Assembly: GCA_016642085.1 (NCBI GenBank)
Contig: VOQV01000003.1
Coordinates: 15,347 to 79,346 of the forward strand
Direction of reading: 5' to 3'
DNA: 64,000 nucleotides
Source: Pantoea sp. Brub
GTDB taxonomy: Bacteria > Pseudomonadota > Gammaproteobacteria > Enterobacterales > Enterobacteriaceae
Position numbers and translations under genes: made by a program. Positions 1-10,840 of the stretch are shown piece after piece; positions within the stretch are counted from its first letter, which is position 1, and each line of letters starts with the position of its first letter. The notes below the pieces were generated by a model. That model did no database searches. It was not told the origin of the DNA and saw only the letters and a program-made list of their open reading frames with translations.

Positions 1-1
1 A

Positions 2-94
2 TTAGAAACAAAAAAAATTAAATCTTTACATAATCGTCAATTATTGCGTATTGCATTAGAGCATACAATTAGATGTACTACTGCTAATGAATAA
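2..94 (+). CDS. 3' end of an unidentified protein-coding gene entering from the left edge (partial)
   Basis: Frame 2 is open from the window edge for 30 codons (LETKKIKSLHNRQLLRIALEHTIRCTTANE) and stops at TAA 92-94. Open stretches this long are uncommon in such AT-rich DNA, but I cannot place the peptide in a family. Confidence 0.3.
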   Translation, partial: LETKKIKSLHNRQLLRIALEHTIRCTTANE

Positions 95-200
95 AATATG
101 CATTAACATAATGTTATTAATGTATTATTTATTAAATGATACAGATAATTATCTGTAATGAACAATGTTATTTATGTACATCAATATTATTACCATTATA

Positions 201-872
201 TTATGGTATAACCAAATATTTTCCATAATTATTGAGATGATCTATTTTTTGTATATAAGGAATAATACCTAAACAAGGAGTTTTTAATATTTTTTTAAGG
301 CTGTCAATATAGTTATGATAAAATTTATCTGGTGGAACGATAGTATTAGCTATCCAACCTAATATTTTTAATTTACGATATTTAATTGCATCAAAAGTAA
401 GTATTGCATGATTAATACAACCTAACTTAATTCCAACTACCAAAATTACTGAAAGTTGTTCATCATATACCCAATCTGCATAAGTATTTCTTTCAGACAA
501 AGGTGTATACCAACCACCTGCTCCTTCTATAAGAATTAAATCAGAAGATAATACCTCTAATTTTCTTAATCCTGCAGATAACATATCTAATGTTATTATT
601 TGTTGTTGTTTAACACTAGCTATATGAGGAGAAGTATGTTCGATAAACGCTATAGGATTGACTTGTGATAAATTTAATGTGATATTGCTATATCTTTGTA
701 ATATTAATGCATCATTATTAATAATTTCATTATTTATTAATTTGCAACCAGTAGCAACTGGTTTATAACCAACCACTGAATAACCAACATTATTAGTTGC
801 TTGTAATAATGCTCTAGTAACAAAAGTTTTACCAATTCCAGTATCAGTACCAGTAATGAACCAATTTTTCAA
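201..872 (-). CDS. bioD: dethiobiotin synthetase
   Basis: 223-aa ORF with N-terminal P-loop FITGTDTGIGKT and overall BioD-like sequence. It is the last gene of a bioB-F-C-D run and overlaps bioC by 4 nt. Confidence 0.93.
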   Translation of the reverse strand: MKNWFITGTDTGIGKTFVTRALLQATNNVGYSVVGYKPVATGCKLINNEIINNDALILQRYSNITLNLSQVNPIAFIEHTSPHIASVKQQQIITLDMLSAGLRKLEVLSSDLILIEGAGGWYTPLSERNTYADWVYDEQLSVILVVGIKLGCINHAILTFDAIKYRKLKILGWIANTIVPPDKFYHNYIDSLKKILKTPCLGIIPYIQKIDHLNNYGKYLVIP

Positions 873-1627
873 AAACGAGTTACTCCATAAATTAAATTAT
901 AAGTAAGACGAAAACCTTTTTTATCTCTTGGCCAATATGTTTCTAGTTGTGATAAACGGTTACGTGTTAACACAATATTTTTTCTACCATTATGTAAATG
1001 AGTAGCACCAGTGCCTTTAATTGAACGCATAGCACTAATAATATTAGGATAATGCATTGTAATAATTTTAGATTTATGTATTAAATTATTATCATTACAT
1101 ATTGATATTATTTCATTTTTACTAAGAAAGGTATTAACATGTGATACATTATCAACATATGACCAAGCTAAATGAATTTCTTTTAATGAACCAGAACTAA
1201 GTGTTGAAAATAATAAACATCCACATGGTTTTAGTATTTTAGTAAATTGATTTATTACTGAACGTAAATCACGGCTCCATTGAACAACTAAATTACTCCA
1301 AATTATATCAATACTAGAATTAGCTAAAGGCAAAAAATCTATATCTCCAAGTAGATAATAATTAGCAGATTTATTATTTTTAGCTTGTTGTAACATTTCT
1401 TTAGAAATATCAAGAGCTACTACAATTTTCCCATAATTGCGCCATATACGACTATACCATCCTGTTCCGCATCCTGCATCTAGCAATAATTTACCTAAAC
1501 AAGAACGTGAAGGTACTAATTTTAATAGAAAATTACCAGTTATCCTCTGTAATTTTGAATAATAATCATAATTTATTGCAGATCGACCAAAAGCTTTTGC
1601 TATAGCTTGTTTATTTATTTGTAGCAT
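869..1627 (-). CDS. bioC: malonyl-ACP O-methyltransferase
   Basis: The ORF track gives 869-1678, but its first 17 codons lie inside bioF. The ATG at 1625-1627 (MLQINKQAIAKAFGRSAINYD...) fits a BioC N-terminus. It has the SAM-binding motif LLDAGCGTG and sits between bioF and bioD as in E. coli. Confidence 0.85.
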   Translation of the reverse strand: MLQINKQAIAKAFGRSAINYDYYSKLQRITGNFLLKLVPSRSCLGKLLLDAGCGTGWYSRIWRNYGKIVVALDISKEMLQQAKNNKSANYYLLGDIDFLPLANSSIDIIWSNLVVQWSRDLRSVINQFTKILKPCGCLLFSTLSSGSLKEIHLAWSYVDNVSHVNTFLSKNEIISICNDNNLIHKSKIITMHYPNIISAMRSIKGTGATHLHNGRKNIVLTRNRLSQLETYWPRDKKGFRLTYNLIYGVTRF

Positions 1628-2765
1628 AATGAAGAGCCTCCAGTAATATATCAATATCTTCATATTCATGTAATGCACTTAAATTAATACGTAAACGTGT
1701 TGTTCCAATAGGCACAGTAGGTGGTCTTATTACATTGACCCAACATCCAGCATTAGCAAGCTTTTTACATACATCGGTAGCGTATTTAGTATTACCAATA
1801 ATTATAGGTTGAATGGCACTTTGCGAGTTCATTAATTGGCATGGAATATTTTTTATGCCTAATAAAAAATAATCTATATTTTTTTGCAAACGTTGACGTA
1901 AGTCATTACTTTTTTGCACTAATTTTAATGCTATTTGTAAAGCATAGATTTGTGCAGGAGGCATAGATGTTGAATAAATTAAATGCTGTGAAAATTGTAA
2001 AAAATAATCTGCTATTAAATTATTACATAATACAGCTGCTCCACTGATACCAAATGCTTTACCAAAAGTGATCATTAATAATTCTGGTTTAATTCCATGA
2101 TAAAAACAACTACCTTTCCCTTCATGACCAATAACTCCAATGCCATGTGCATCATCTACTAATAGCCAACTATGACTAGTTTGTGTATGTTTAGCAATAT
2201 CTTTTAATGGTGCGCTGTCACCATCCATACTGAAAATTCCTTCAGTTATTACCAAAGTTTCGCCATTACAAGGCTTATTTAAATAAATACATAATTGGTC
2301 TATAGAATTATGATCAAAACGATATAATTTTGACGAACTATGAATAGATGCATCTATTATAGAAGCATGTACTAATTTATCAGCAATAATTCGATCATTT
2401 TTTTTGCATAATAAATAAATAATTGCTTGATTTGCAGCAAAACCTGAATTAAATAATAACGCACGTGGATATCCTAACCAATCAGCAAGTTGTAATTCTA
2501 ATTCCATATGCAAGTAATGAAAACCTATTATATAACTTGATGAGCTTGTTCCTGCTCCCATTAATCTTGCTCCATATTTCCAGGCATCTATTACTGAAGG
2601 ATGTCTACTTAATCCTAAATAATCGTTACTAGAAAAATTTCTATAAATTTTATTTCCTATTTTGATAAATCTAGTATTATTGTTACCAACGATATAGCGA
2701 TATCTCCAATGATTATTAAATTGTTTTGTATATAGTGCTCGATTGATTCTATTAATCCAATTCAT
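1611..2765 (-). CDS. bioF: 8-amino-7-oxononanoate synthase
   Basis: 384-aa ORF of the PLP-dependent alpha-oxoamine synthase type (FSMDGD, TFGKAFG with the Schiff-base Lys). Position in the bio cluster supports the call. Confidence 0.93.
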   Translation of the reverse strand: MNWINRINRALYTKQFNNHWRYRYIVGNNNTRFIKIGNKIYRNFSSNDYLGLSRHPSVIDAWKYGARLMGAGTSSSSYIIGFHYLHMELELQLADWLGYPRALLFNSGFAANQAIIYLLCKKNDRIIADKLVHASIIDASIHSSSKLYRFDHNSIDQLCIYLNKPCNGETLVITEGIFSMDGDSAPLKDIAKHTQTSHSWLLVDDAHGIGVIGHEGKGSCFYHGIKPELLMITFGKAFGISGAAVLCNNLIADYFLQFSQHLIYSTSMPPAQIYALQIALKLVQKSNDLRQRLQKNIDYFLLGIKNIPCQLMNSQSAIQPIIIGNTKYATDVCKKLANAGCWVNVIRPPTVPIGTTRLRINLSALHEYEDIDILLEALHYATNK

Positions 2766-2783
2766 AATTATTAAATTATATTT

Positions 2784-3746
2784 TTAAGAATTATTATTTT
2801 TATCATTTATATGTTCTGGTTTAAGACCTAATTTATTAAATAACATAACATCTTTATCTATATTTGAATTAACTGTTGTTAATAATTTACATCCATAAAA
2901 AATAGAATTTGCACCAGACATAAAACACATGGCTTGGGTTTGTTCATTCATTTTTTCCCTTCCAGCAGATAAACGTATATATGATCTAGGCATTATAATT
3001 CTAGCTACAGCAATAGTTCGTATGAAATCAAACGGTTCTATATCATCATTATTTTCTAATGGTGTACCTTTTATCTTAACTAACATATTAATTGGTACAC
3101 TTTCTGGTAATTTAGGTAAATTAACTAATTGCAACAGAAAATTAATTCTATCATTCATTGTTTCACCTAAACCTAATATACCTCCTGAACATAATTTAAT
3201 ACCAGTTTTAACTATATTATCTATAGTATTTAATCGGTCTTGATATTTGCGTGTACTAATTACTTTTTGGTAAAATTCCGGAGAAGTATCTAAATTATGA
3301 TTATAAAAATCAAGTCCAGCTTGATATAAAAGCTGTGCTTGATCATAACTTAAATGACCCAGTGTCATACATGTTTCCATACCTAAAGATTTTACACTTT
3401 GAATAATTTTTGTTAAATAAGTCATATCACGATCTTTGGGATTTCGCCATGCTGCACCCATACAAAAACGTTTAGAACCAGAATTTTTAGCTTTCTGTGC
3501 AGCAATTAATATTTTATCAATATCCATTAATTTTTCAGTTTTTAAATTTGTTTTATAATGTACGCTTTGAGAACAATATTTACAATCTTCTGGACAATTG
3601 CCAGTTTTTATTGATAATAATGTGCTTATTTGTATTAACAATGGATTAAAATATTTACGATGTATGCTTTGAGCATCAAAGATTAATTCCAATAATGGTT
3701 TATGAAACAATTTTTTTATTTGCATAAAATTCCAACGTTCTACCAT
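2784..3746 (-). CDS. bioB: biotin synthase (radical SAM)
   Basis: 320-aa ORF with the radical-SAM cluster motif CPEDCKYC. The N-terminus [26 protein letters not shown] parallels E. coli BioB. Confidence 0.95.
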   Translation of the reverse strand: MVERWNFMQIKKLFHKPLLELIFDAQSIHRKYFNPLLIQISTLLSIKTGNCPEDCKYCSQSVHYKTNLKTEKLMDIDKILIAAQKAKNSGSKRFCMGAAWRNPKDRDMTYLTKIIQSVKSLGMETCMTLGHLSYDQAQLLYQAGLDFYNHNLDTSPEFYQKVISTRKYQDRLNTIDNIVKTGIKLCSGGILGLGETMNDRINFLLQLVNLPKLPESVPINMLVKIKGTPLENNDDIEPFDFIRTIAVARIIMPRSYIRLSAGREKMNEQTQAMCFMSGANSIFYGCKLLTTVNSNIDKDVMLFNKLGLKPEHINDKNNNS

Positions 3747-3839
3747 TTTCTTCTTCCAAAATCAAAATTATTTTTATAATTTAAAACTACTATAGATATA
3801 ATATTACAATTTAAATTTTTATTTAAGTGTAAAAGAATA
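3747..3839. promoter_or_regulatory. divergent bioA / bioBFCD control region (promoters not individually mapped)
   Basis: 93-bp spacer between head-to-head bioB and bioA, the same architecture as the E. coli bio operon. Assigned by position only. Confidence 0.3.
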
Positions 3840-5129
3840 ATGTCTATAAAAAATGATATGCAATTTGATCGTAAACATATTTGGCATCCTTATACTTCTA
3901 TGATTAATCCACTATTCTGTTATCAAATAATAGCAGCTGAAAACTGTACGTTAATATTACAAGATGGGCGCCAATTAATTGATGGTATGTCTTCATGGTG
4001 GTCAGCAATTCATGGCTATAATCATCCACGCTTGAATAAAGCTATAACAGAACAAATTTCAAAAATATCACATATAATGTTTGGAGGAATTACTCATCCT
4101 CCAGCAATATCATTATGTCGCAAACTTATAGAAATATTACCAACATCATTAGAATGTATATTTCTATGTGATTCTGGTTCAGTATCAGTAGAAGTATCAA
4201 TGAAAATGGCTATTCAGTATTGGTTAGGATGCAATAAAAATCGTCAAAAATTTTTATCACTGAAATATGGATATCATGGTGACACTTTTGCAGCGATGTC
4301 TGTATGTGATCCTAACAATTCAATGCATAAATTATGGAAAAAATATTTACCTGAAAATTATTTTGTTGAATCCCCTAAATGTGGTTTTTATGATAGCTGG
4401 GATATTAAAGATTTTGATAATTTTGCGTATCTTATAGAACGTTATAAAAATGAACTAGCAGCAGTTATCCTTGAACCAATAGTTCAAGGAGCTGGTGGGA
4501 TGAGAATTTATAATCCATGCTATTTAAAATTAGTCAGAGAATATTGTGATTATTATGAAATATTATTAATTATTGATGAAATAGCTACTGGTTTTGGGAG
4601 AACTGGAAAATTATTCGCTATGCAACATTCTAACATTGAACCAGATATATTATGTATAGGTAAATCACTTACAGGTGGAACTATAACATTAGCTGCTACT
4701 ATTACTACTCGTGAAATAGCTAATACTATTAGTTCTGGTTCTGTCGAATGTCTTATGCATGGTCCAACCTTTATGGGTAATCCTTTAGCTTGTGCAGCAG
4801 CATTAGAAAATATAAATATTTTGCAAAGTGGACAATGGATAAAACAAGTTAAAAATATTGAATCTCAGTTATTTGATAAATTATTACCATTGCGTATTTT
4901 AAAACAAGTAGTAGATGTACGTATATTAGGGGCGATTGGTGTTATAGAAACTTATAAAATATTAAATATTGAAAAAATTCAACAGTTTTTTGTCAAACAT
5001 GGAGTTTGGATACGTCCATTTAATAATTTAATTTATTTAACTCCACCATACATTATTCAAAATGATGAATTAGATAAATTGATAAATGCAATTATTTTAT
5101 CATTAGAATGTCCTTGTCATTTTATTTAA
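3840..5129 (+). CDS. bioA: adenosylmethionine-8-amino-7-oxononanoate aminotransferase
   Basis: 429-aa ORF of the class-III aminotransferase type (HIWHPYTSM, SSWWSAIHGYNHP, IIDEIATGFGRTGKLFA). It is divergent from bioB. Confidence 0.95.
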   Translation: MSIKNDMQFDRKHIWHPYTSMINPLFCYQIIAAENCTLILQDGRQLIDGMSSWWSAIHGYNHPRLNKAITEQISKISHIMFGGITHPPAISLCRKLIEILPTSLECIFLCDSGSVSVEVSMKMAIQYWLGCNKNRQKFLSLKYGYHGDTFAAMSVCDPNNSMHKLWKKYLPENYFVESPKCGFYDSWDIKDFDNFAYLIERYKNELAAVILEPIVQGAGGMRIYNPCYLKLVREYCDYYEILLIIDEIATGFGRTGKLFAMQHSNIEPDILCIGKSLTGGTITLAATITTREIANTISSGSVECLMHGPTFMGNPLACAAALENINILQSGQWIKQVKNIESQLFDKLLPLRILKQVVDVRILGAIGVIETYKILNIEKIQQFFVKHGVWIRPFNNLIYLTPPYIIQNDELDKLINAIILSLECPCHFI

Positions 5130-5226
5130 AAATATTTATTTATATATTTTATTATAAAAGATTATTGATTAAGATAAGTTAAAGTAAATAATTTATGTAA
5201 TATTATTGTTTATAAGGAATTAAGAG

Positions 5227-5940
5227 ATGAGTTTAATTAATTTGGTTTTATTAAGACACGGTGAAAGTCAATGGAATAGTGAGAATCGCTTTACTGGGTG
5301 GGAAGATATAGAACTATCAGATAAAGGTCATATTGAAGCTAAGTATGCTGGTAAGTTATTATATAAAAATGGTTTTTCATTCGATTATGCTTATACATCT
5401 TTATTAAAAAGAGCTATTCACACTATGTGGCATGTTCTAGATGAAATAAATCAATCTTGGTTAACTATAACTAACTCTTGGTGCCTTAATGAACGTCATT
5501 ATGGTGCACTACAAGGTTTAAACAAAGACAAAGTTATTAATAAATATGGTGAAGAACAAGTTAAACAATGGAGACGTAGTTTTAAAATAGCGCCCCCAGC
5601 TTTACAACGTAATGACAAACGATTTTCAGGTAATGATCCACGTTATGCTTCTTTAAATATCAATGAATTACCACTCACTGAAAGTTTAGAGATGACTGTT
5701 AATAGAGTAATTCCATATTGGCATAATTATATTGTTCCTATGATGAAAAATGGCAAAAAAATTATTATTGTTGCTCACGGTAACTCAATAAGAGCTTTAG
5801 TAAAATATATTAATAATTTAAGTGAAGAAGAAATTATGGATGTGAATATTCCAACAGGTATTCCATTAATATATACATTTGAAGAAAAATTTAATGTCGT
5901 AAAACATTCATACTTAAAACTTTTTACAGAAAATACATAA
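5227..5940 (+). CDS. gpmA: 2,3-bisphosphoglycerate-dependent phosphoglycerate mutase
   Basis: 237-aa ORF with the catalytic-His motif [12 protein letters not shown] and the C-terminal [10 protein letters not shown] motif. Confidence 0.95.
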   Translation: MSLINLVLLRHGESQWNSENRFTGWEDIELSDKGHIEAKYAGKLLYKNGFSFDYAYTSLLKRAIHTMWHVLDEINQSWLTITNSWCLNERHYGALQGLNKDKVINKYGEEQVKQWRRSFKIAPPALQRNDKRFSGNDPRYASLNINELPLTESLEMTVNRVIPYWHNYIVPMMKNGKKIIIVAHGNSIRALVKYINNLSEEEIMDVNIPTGIPLIYTFEEKFNVVKHSYLKLFTENT

Positions 5941-6006
5941 ATATAATGCTTAATCATGCATGTAACAATATCTAATTTAAATTTTTTATTAAAAATAATA
6001 ATAATG

Positions 6007-6035
6007 CACTTGTTTAATAACAAGTGTTATTGAAT
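6007..6035. terminator. hairpin between convergent gpmA and nadA (possible bidirectional intrinsic terminator)
   Basis: CACTTGTT (6007-6014), loop TAAT, AACAAGTG (6019-6026): a perfect 8-bp stem with T-rich sequence following on both strands. It lies between the two stop codons. Confidence 0.45.
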
Positions 6036-6088
6036 TATTTAATAATAAATCATGCGTATATGTATTTCAAAAGAATCTATTATAATAA

Positions 6089-7115
6089 TTAAATATGTTT
6101 TTGCATTTTTAATTTTTCAGAAAATAAAATCATGCGATTTAAAGGGATTAAAGCTAATTTACGTAATTTGACATCTATATGAATTTCATATTTAGAATCT
6201 TTACACAAAAGACTTTCATAAATAGATTTTAAGTCATTTAATGCCATCCATGGACATTTTGCGCAACTACGACATGTTGCACCTTCACCTGCAGTAGGTG
6301 CCTCCAATAATTTTTTTTCTGGAACAATTTGTTGCATTTTATAAAAAATTCCTTTGTCAGTTGCAACAATTATTTGAGGATTTGGTAATACTTTGGCTGC
6401 ATTGATTAATTGACTAGTAGATCCTACTACATCAGCTAATTTAATAACAGATAGAGGAGATTCTGGATGAACAAGTATAGCAGCATATGGGTATATTTTT
6501 TTCATATTTTTTAATGAACTAGCTTTAAATTCATCATGTACAACACAAGAACCTGGCCAATTTAATATATTAGCACCTGTTTGTTGGGAAACATACTTTC
6601 CTAAATTACGATCTGGTGCCCATAAAATTTTTTTTCCTAGACCATCTAGATATTTAATAAGTTCCACAGCTATGCTTGATGTAACTACCCAATCTGCTCG
6701 CGCTTTTACTGCTGCTGAAGTATTAGCATATACAACTACAGTACGATCTGGGTGATCGTTACAAAAAGCATTAAATTTTTCAATAGGACAATTTAAATCA
6801 AGAGAACACTCTGCTTTTACAGATGGTATTATAATATTTTTTTCTGGATTTAAAATTTTAGCTGTTTCTCCCATAAAGCGCACACCAGCTACTAATAAAG
6901 TTTTAGCAGAACATTTTTTACCAAAAATAGCCATTTCAAGTGAATCAGAAACAAAACCACCGGTATTTTCTGCTAGTTGTTGGATTTCTGGATTTGTATA
7001 ATAATGAGCTATAATTACTGCATTACGTAATTTCAATAACGTTTTAATATTATTAATATAATATAATTTTGCGTCATTATTATTTAATAATTTTTTTTTT
7101 TAGTATAAAATCCAT
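6089..7115 (-). CDS. nadA: quinolinate synthase A; frame interrupted in an A11 tract near the 5' end (uninterrupted ORF is 6089-7036)
   Basis: 315-aa ORF with [13 protein letters not shown] and conserved Cys ligands. Conserved NadA N-terminal sequence continues upstream of the ORF-track TTG start as far as a poly(A) run at 7091-7101. An ATG at 7113-7115 is in another frame (see findings). Confidence 0.85.
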
Positions 7116-7420
7116 TATACAATCTCTTTAATTGTATTAAACTGATATATTAACAATAAATGTTTTTAACTCACATCATAATTTTAAATGTATAATATAT
7201 TACTATATTGATATTTTATATATAATTTTAATATCATCGAAATAAAAAATTATTTTTATTAATATCTAATGCTATTGTTTTGTATAATATAAAAAATCAA
7301 TATTTTATATACACATATTTCATACATATTTATTAAATTTATATACCATGTAAATATATATTTTTAAAAAAATATTATTATTCAGTTCTATGATTGATAA
7401 TCAAATAATAATTTTAATTA

Positions 7421-8302
7421 TTATTTTTTATTTTTAGATAATACAGATTTAACTACCTTACCAATATTTACTATATTATGTGCTATATGTATACCAGATT
7501 TTTCTAACGCAATAATTTTATTCGTTGCAGTTCCTTGACCACTAGATATAATAGCTCCTGCATGTCCCATACGTTTATTTTTTGGAGCAGTGATACCAGC
7601 TATATAAGCTATTACTGGTTTAGTTATATTGTTTTTGATAAAATAAGCTGCTTCTTCTTCAGAAGTGCCTCCAATTTCACCAATCATTACTATAGCATCT
7701 GTTTTTGAATCATTCTGAAACATTTTCAAAATATCAATAAAACTTGATCCTGATATTGGATCACCTCCTATACCTACACAAGTAGATTGACCATAACCAG
7801 AATCAGTAATCTGTTTAACTGCTTCATATGTTAAAGTACCAGAACGTGAAACAACTCCTATATTACCTGGCTTATGAATATAACCAGGCATAATACCTAT
7901 TTTACATTCACCAGGAGTAATTATACCTGGGCAATTAGGACCAATCATACATACATTTTGTTCTTTCAGTTTGTACTTTATTAAAATCATATCTAAGACT
8001 GGAATGCCTTCTGTAATCGTGATAATAATTTTAATACCTGCTTCAATAGCTTCTAAAATACTATCTTTACAAAATTTAACTGGAACAAAAATTACAGTTG
8101 CTGTAGCATTAGTTAATTTAACCGCGTCAAGTACAGTATTAAATACTGGCAAACCTAAATGTTTAGTTCCACCTTTTCCAGGAGTTACCCCTCCAACTAA
8201 TTTAGTACCATAATTTAAGGCTTGTTCTGAATGAAATGTACCTTGTTTACCAGTGAAACCTTGACAAATAACTTTAGTTGTTCTATCTATTAGAATAGAC
8301 AT
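7421..8302 (-). CDS. sucD: succinyl-CoA ligase subunit alpha
   Basis: 293-aa ORF with CoA-binding [12 protein letters not shown] and phosphohistidine loop MGHAGAII. It abuts the sucC stop codon. Confidence 0.95.
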   Translation of the reverse strand: MSILIDRTTKVICQGFTGKQGTFHSEQALNYGTKLVGGVTPGKGGTKHLGLPVFNTVLDAVKLTNATATVIFVPVKFCKDSILEAIEAGIKIIITITEGIPVLDMILIKYKLKEQNVCMIGPNCPGIITPGECKIGIMPGYIHKPGNIGVVSRSGTLTYEAVKQITDSGYGQSTCVGIGGDPISGSSFIDILKMFQNDSKTDAIVMIGEIGGTSEEEAAYFIKNNITKPVIAYIAGITAPKNKRMGHAGAIISSGQGTATNKIIALEKSGIHIAHNIVNIGKVVKSVLSKNKK

Positions 8303-9475
8303 TTATGCACCTTTTTCTTTTGTAACTTTAATAGCATTATTTGCTGCATATACTAAATCAGTTGTTAAAACTATATTTAATTTGCTATCTGTTAGTTTTT
8401 GGATACCTAATTTAGCGTTATTACCTTCTAAGCGAACTATGATTGGCACTTTGATATTTAATAATAATGATGTTTCAATAATTCCTTCAGCAACCAAATC
8501 ACAACGTACTATACCTCCAAAAATATTAACTAAAACAACTTGTACCTTTTTATCAGATAAAATAATTTTTAATCCTTCAACTATTTTTTCTTTAGTTATA
8601 TTCCCACCTATATCAAGAAAATTTGCAGGTTCTCCTCCGTAATATTTTATTAAATCCATAGTTGCCATTGCCAATCCTGCTCCATTTACCATACAACCAA
8701 TATTTCCGTGTAATGAAATATAATTTAATCCAAATTTAATCGCATGAGATTCAAGTAAATCTTCTTGTTTCAGATCATGCATCTTCATCATTTCACTCTG
8801 ACGAAATAAAGAGTTGTTATCAACAATTAACTTACTATCTAAACAAATTAATTCATTTTGTTTAGTTAATACTAAAGGGTTTATTTCAATTAAATCTAAA
8901 TCATATTTTTGATATATATAAATTAACTTTATAAAAATTTTAGTAAAGTCATCAATCTGATGATTAATAAATCCTAATTTGAATGCTAATTCACGACCTT
9001 GATATAATTGTGGACCAGTAACTGGATCTATGACTATTTTATGAATAACTCCAATATTTTTTTTCGCTATTTCTTCAAATTCCATGCCTCCTGCATTTGA
9101 AGCTATAACAGTAATTTTAGCAATTGCACGATCTATAAGAACACTAAGATAAAATTCTTTATTAATATCAATTGTTTCTTCAATTAGTATTTTATCTATT
9201 GGTTGACCATGAATATTAGTTTGATTGGTAACTAGACGTTTGCCAATCCATGTTTGAAAAAAAGTATATATTTCTTCTATATTGTTAACTACTCTAACTC
9301 CTCCAGCTTTACCTCTACCACCAGCATGCACTTGACATTTTAGAACAACAGAATTAGTAGCTATTTTAGAAGATATATTTTTTATTTCAGATAATGTACT
9401 ACAAACATAACCTAATGGTATTTTAATACCATGTTCTTTCAGTAATTTTTTTGCTTGATATTCATGTAAATTCAT
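8303..9475 (-). CDS. sucC: succinyl-CoA ligase subunit beta
   Basis: 390-aa ORF with the MNLHEYQAKKLL N-terminus and an ATP-grasp fold sequence. Confidence 0.95.
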   Translation of the reverse strand: MNLHEYQAKKLLKEHGIKIPLGYVCSTLSEIKNISSKIATNSVVLKCQVHAGGRGKAGGVRVVNNIEEIYTFFQTWIGKRLVTNQTNIHGQPIDKILIEETIDINKEFYLSVLIDRAIAKITVIASNAGGMEFEEIAKKNIGVIHKIVIDPVTGPQLYQGRELAFKLGFINHQIDDFTKIFIKLIYIYQKYDLDLIEINPLVLTKQNELICLDSKLIVDNNSLFRQSEMMKMHDLKQEDLLESHAIKFGLNYISLHGNIGCMVNGAGLAMATMDLIKYYGGEPANFLDIGGNITKEKIVEGLKIILSDKKVQVVLVNIFGGIVRCDLVAEGIIETSLLLNIKVPIIVRLEGNNAKLGIQKLTDSKLNIVLTTDLVYAANNAIKVTKEKGA

Positions 9476-9550
9476 GATATTAGTGCCTATTAGTAGACGT
9501 AATACAGTAATATATTTGTTACATATGTATTGTTTTCTTTAAAAATAATA

Positions 9551-10828
9551 TTAAATATCCATTAATAAACGTGTTGGATCTTCTATAAATTCTTTTACTT
9601 TCACTAAATACCCAATAGATTCACGACCATCTATTATTCTATGATCATAAGACAAAGCTAAATACATCATAGGTAAAATTACTACTTTACCATCTACTGC
9701 CACTGGACGTTCTTTAATAACATGTATACCTAAAATTGCACTTTGAGGTGGATTAATAATAGGAGTAGACATTAAAGAACCAAATACACCACCATTTGTA
9801 ATGGTAAAATTTCCACCATTTAAATCTTCAACTGTCAATTTTCCATTTTTACCTTTTGATGCAAGTTCCTTAATTTTCTTTTCAATATCCGCCATACTTA
9901 AAATATCGACATTATATAAAACTGGAGTAACTAATCCACGTGGTGTTGATATAGCAATATTTATATCAAAATAATCATGATAAATGATATCATCATGATC
10001 TATAAAAGCATTTATTTCTGGATAAAATTTTAAAGCTGCAGTAGCTGCTTTAATATAAAAAGACATTAAACCCAATCGTACATTATGACGTTTTTCAAAA
10101 ATTTCACTATATTTTTTACGAATATTTATTATTGAAAGCATATTTACTTCATTAAAAGTAGTTAACATAGCAGTGTTATTTTTTGCGTTTATTAAACGTT
10201 CAGCAATACGTTTACGTAAACGAGTCATTGGTACACGCTTTTCATTACGATTAATTTGGTCAATTTTTTGTGCAATAACATTTAAATTATTCATTTCACC
10301 AGGAAAATTGTTTTTATTCTCTTGAAGAATTATATTTTGATTACAATCATTATCTTTAATATTAGAAATGTCTAAATTTTGTTTTGCAATAAGACGACGC
10401 ATAGAAGGACTAAAATATTTTTTTTGCGATTCATTATTTTCAGTTAATATATCTTTTTTACATTCATTATTTTCAGTTAATATATCTTTTTTACATTCAT
10501 TATTTTCAGTTAATATATCTTTTTTACATTCATTATTTTCAGTTAATATATCTTTTTTACATTCATTATTCATATCTTCACTGACATGAGTTTCTTTTAA
10601 TAAACCAAGAATCTGTTGTGCAGTTACAATAGCACCCTCGCATTCTAAAATAGTTTCTAATATTCCATTAGTTATAGATGGAACTTCTAATATAATTTTA
10701 TCAGTTTCTATTTCTACTAATATCTCATCTCGCTTAACTACATCACCTGGTTTTTTATGCCAAATTGCTACAGAAGCATCGATAACAGATTCAGGAAGTT
10801 CAGGAACAAGAATTTTTACAATGCTCAT
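9551..10828 (-). CDS. sucB: 2-oxoglutarate dehydrogenase E2 (dihydrolipoyllysine succinyltransferase)
   Basis: 425-aa ORF with lipoyl-Lys motif EIETDKI and catalytic DHRIIDG. It contains an in-frame tandem repeat in the inter-domain linker. Confidence 0.95.
   Translation of the reverse strand: MSIVKILVPELPESVIDASVAIWHKKPGDVVKRDEILVEIETDKIILEVPSITNGILETILECEGAIVTAQQILGLLKETHVSEDMNNECKKDILTENNECKKDILTENNECKKDILTENNECKKDILTENNESQKKYFSPSMRRLIAKQNLDISNIKDNDCNQNIILQENKNNFPGEMNNLNVIAQKIDQINRNEKRVPMTRLRKRIAERLINAKNNTAMLTTFNEVNMLSIINIRKKYSEIFEKRHNVRLGLMSFYIKAATAALKFYPEINAFIDHDDIIYHDYFDINIAISTPRGLVTPVLYNVDILSMADIEKKIKELASKGKNGKLTVEDLNGGNFTITNGGVFGSLMSTPIINPPQSAILGIHVIKERPVAVDGKVVILPMMYLALSYDHRIIDGRESIGYLVKVKEFIEDPTRLLMDI
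10429..10570 (-). repeat. perfect 33-bp tandem repeat, 4 full copies plus a 10-nt partial copy, in frame inside sucB
   Basis: The unit ATTCATTATTTTCAGTTAATATATCTTTTTTAC occurs at 10429-10461, 10462-10494, 10495-10527 and 10528-10560, then ATTCATTATT at 10561-10570. It encodes [11 protein letters not shown] x4. Confidence 0.97.
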
Positions 10829-10840
10829 TATCTTTCTCTT

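Noticed and set aside
141-156. A perfect 16-nt palindrome, ACAGATAATTATCTGT, between the left-edge gene and bioD. Its 14-nt core ACAGATAATTATCT recurs at 26309-26322, upstream of lnt. I considered it as a repeated regulatory element.
   Set aside because: In sequence this AT-rich, several 8+8 palindromes and many shared 14-mers are expected by chance in 64 kb. The two contexts (a convergent gene end and upstream of lnt) share no logic.
3804-3832. The inverted repeat TTACA...TGTAA in the bioB-bioA spacer, considered as a BirA operator (bioO).
   Set aside because: Only the 5-bp outer arms pair cleanly. The arrangement and sequence do not match the E. coli bioO half-sites (TTGTAAACC / GGTTTACAA). 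I also cannot tell whether this organism's BirA retains a DNA-binding domain.
10429-10570. The regularly spaced identical 33-bp units, considered as a CRISPR-like array or a mobile-element terminal repeat.
   Set aside because: The units are directly adjacent with no spacers, and they lie in frame inside sucB. No cas, transposase or integrase genes occur anywhere in the window.
10368-10589. A 73-aa + strand ORF with the striking internal repeat [11 protein letters not shown] x4.
   Set aside because: It is simply the antisense reading of the sucB 33-bp tandem repeat. The repeat is in frame with, and flanked by, conserved SucB sequence on the minus strand.
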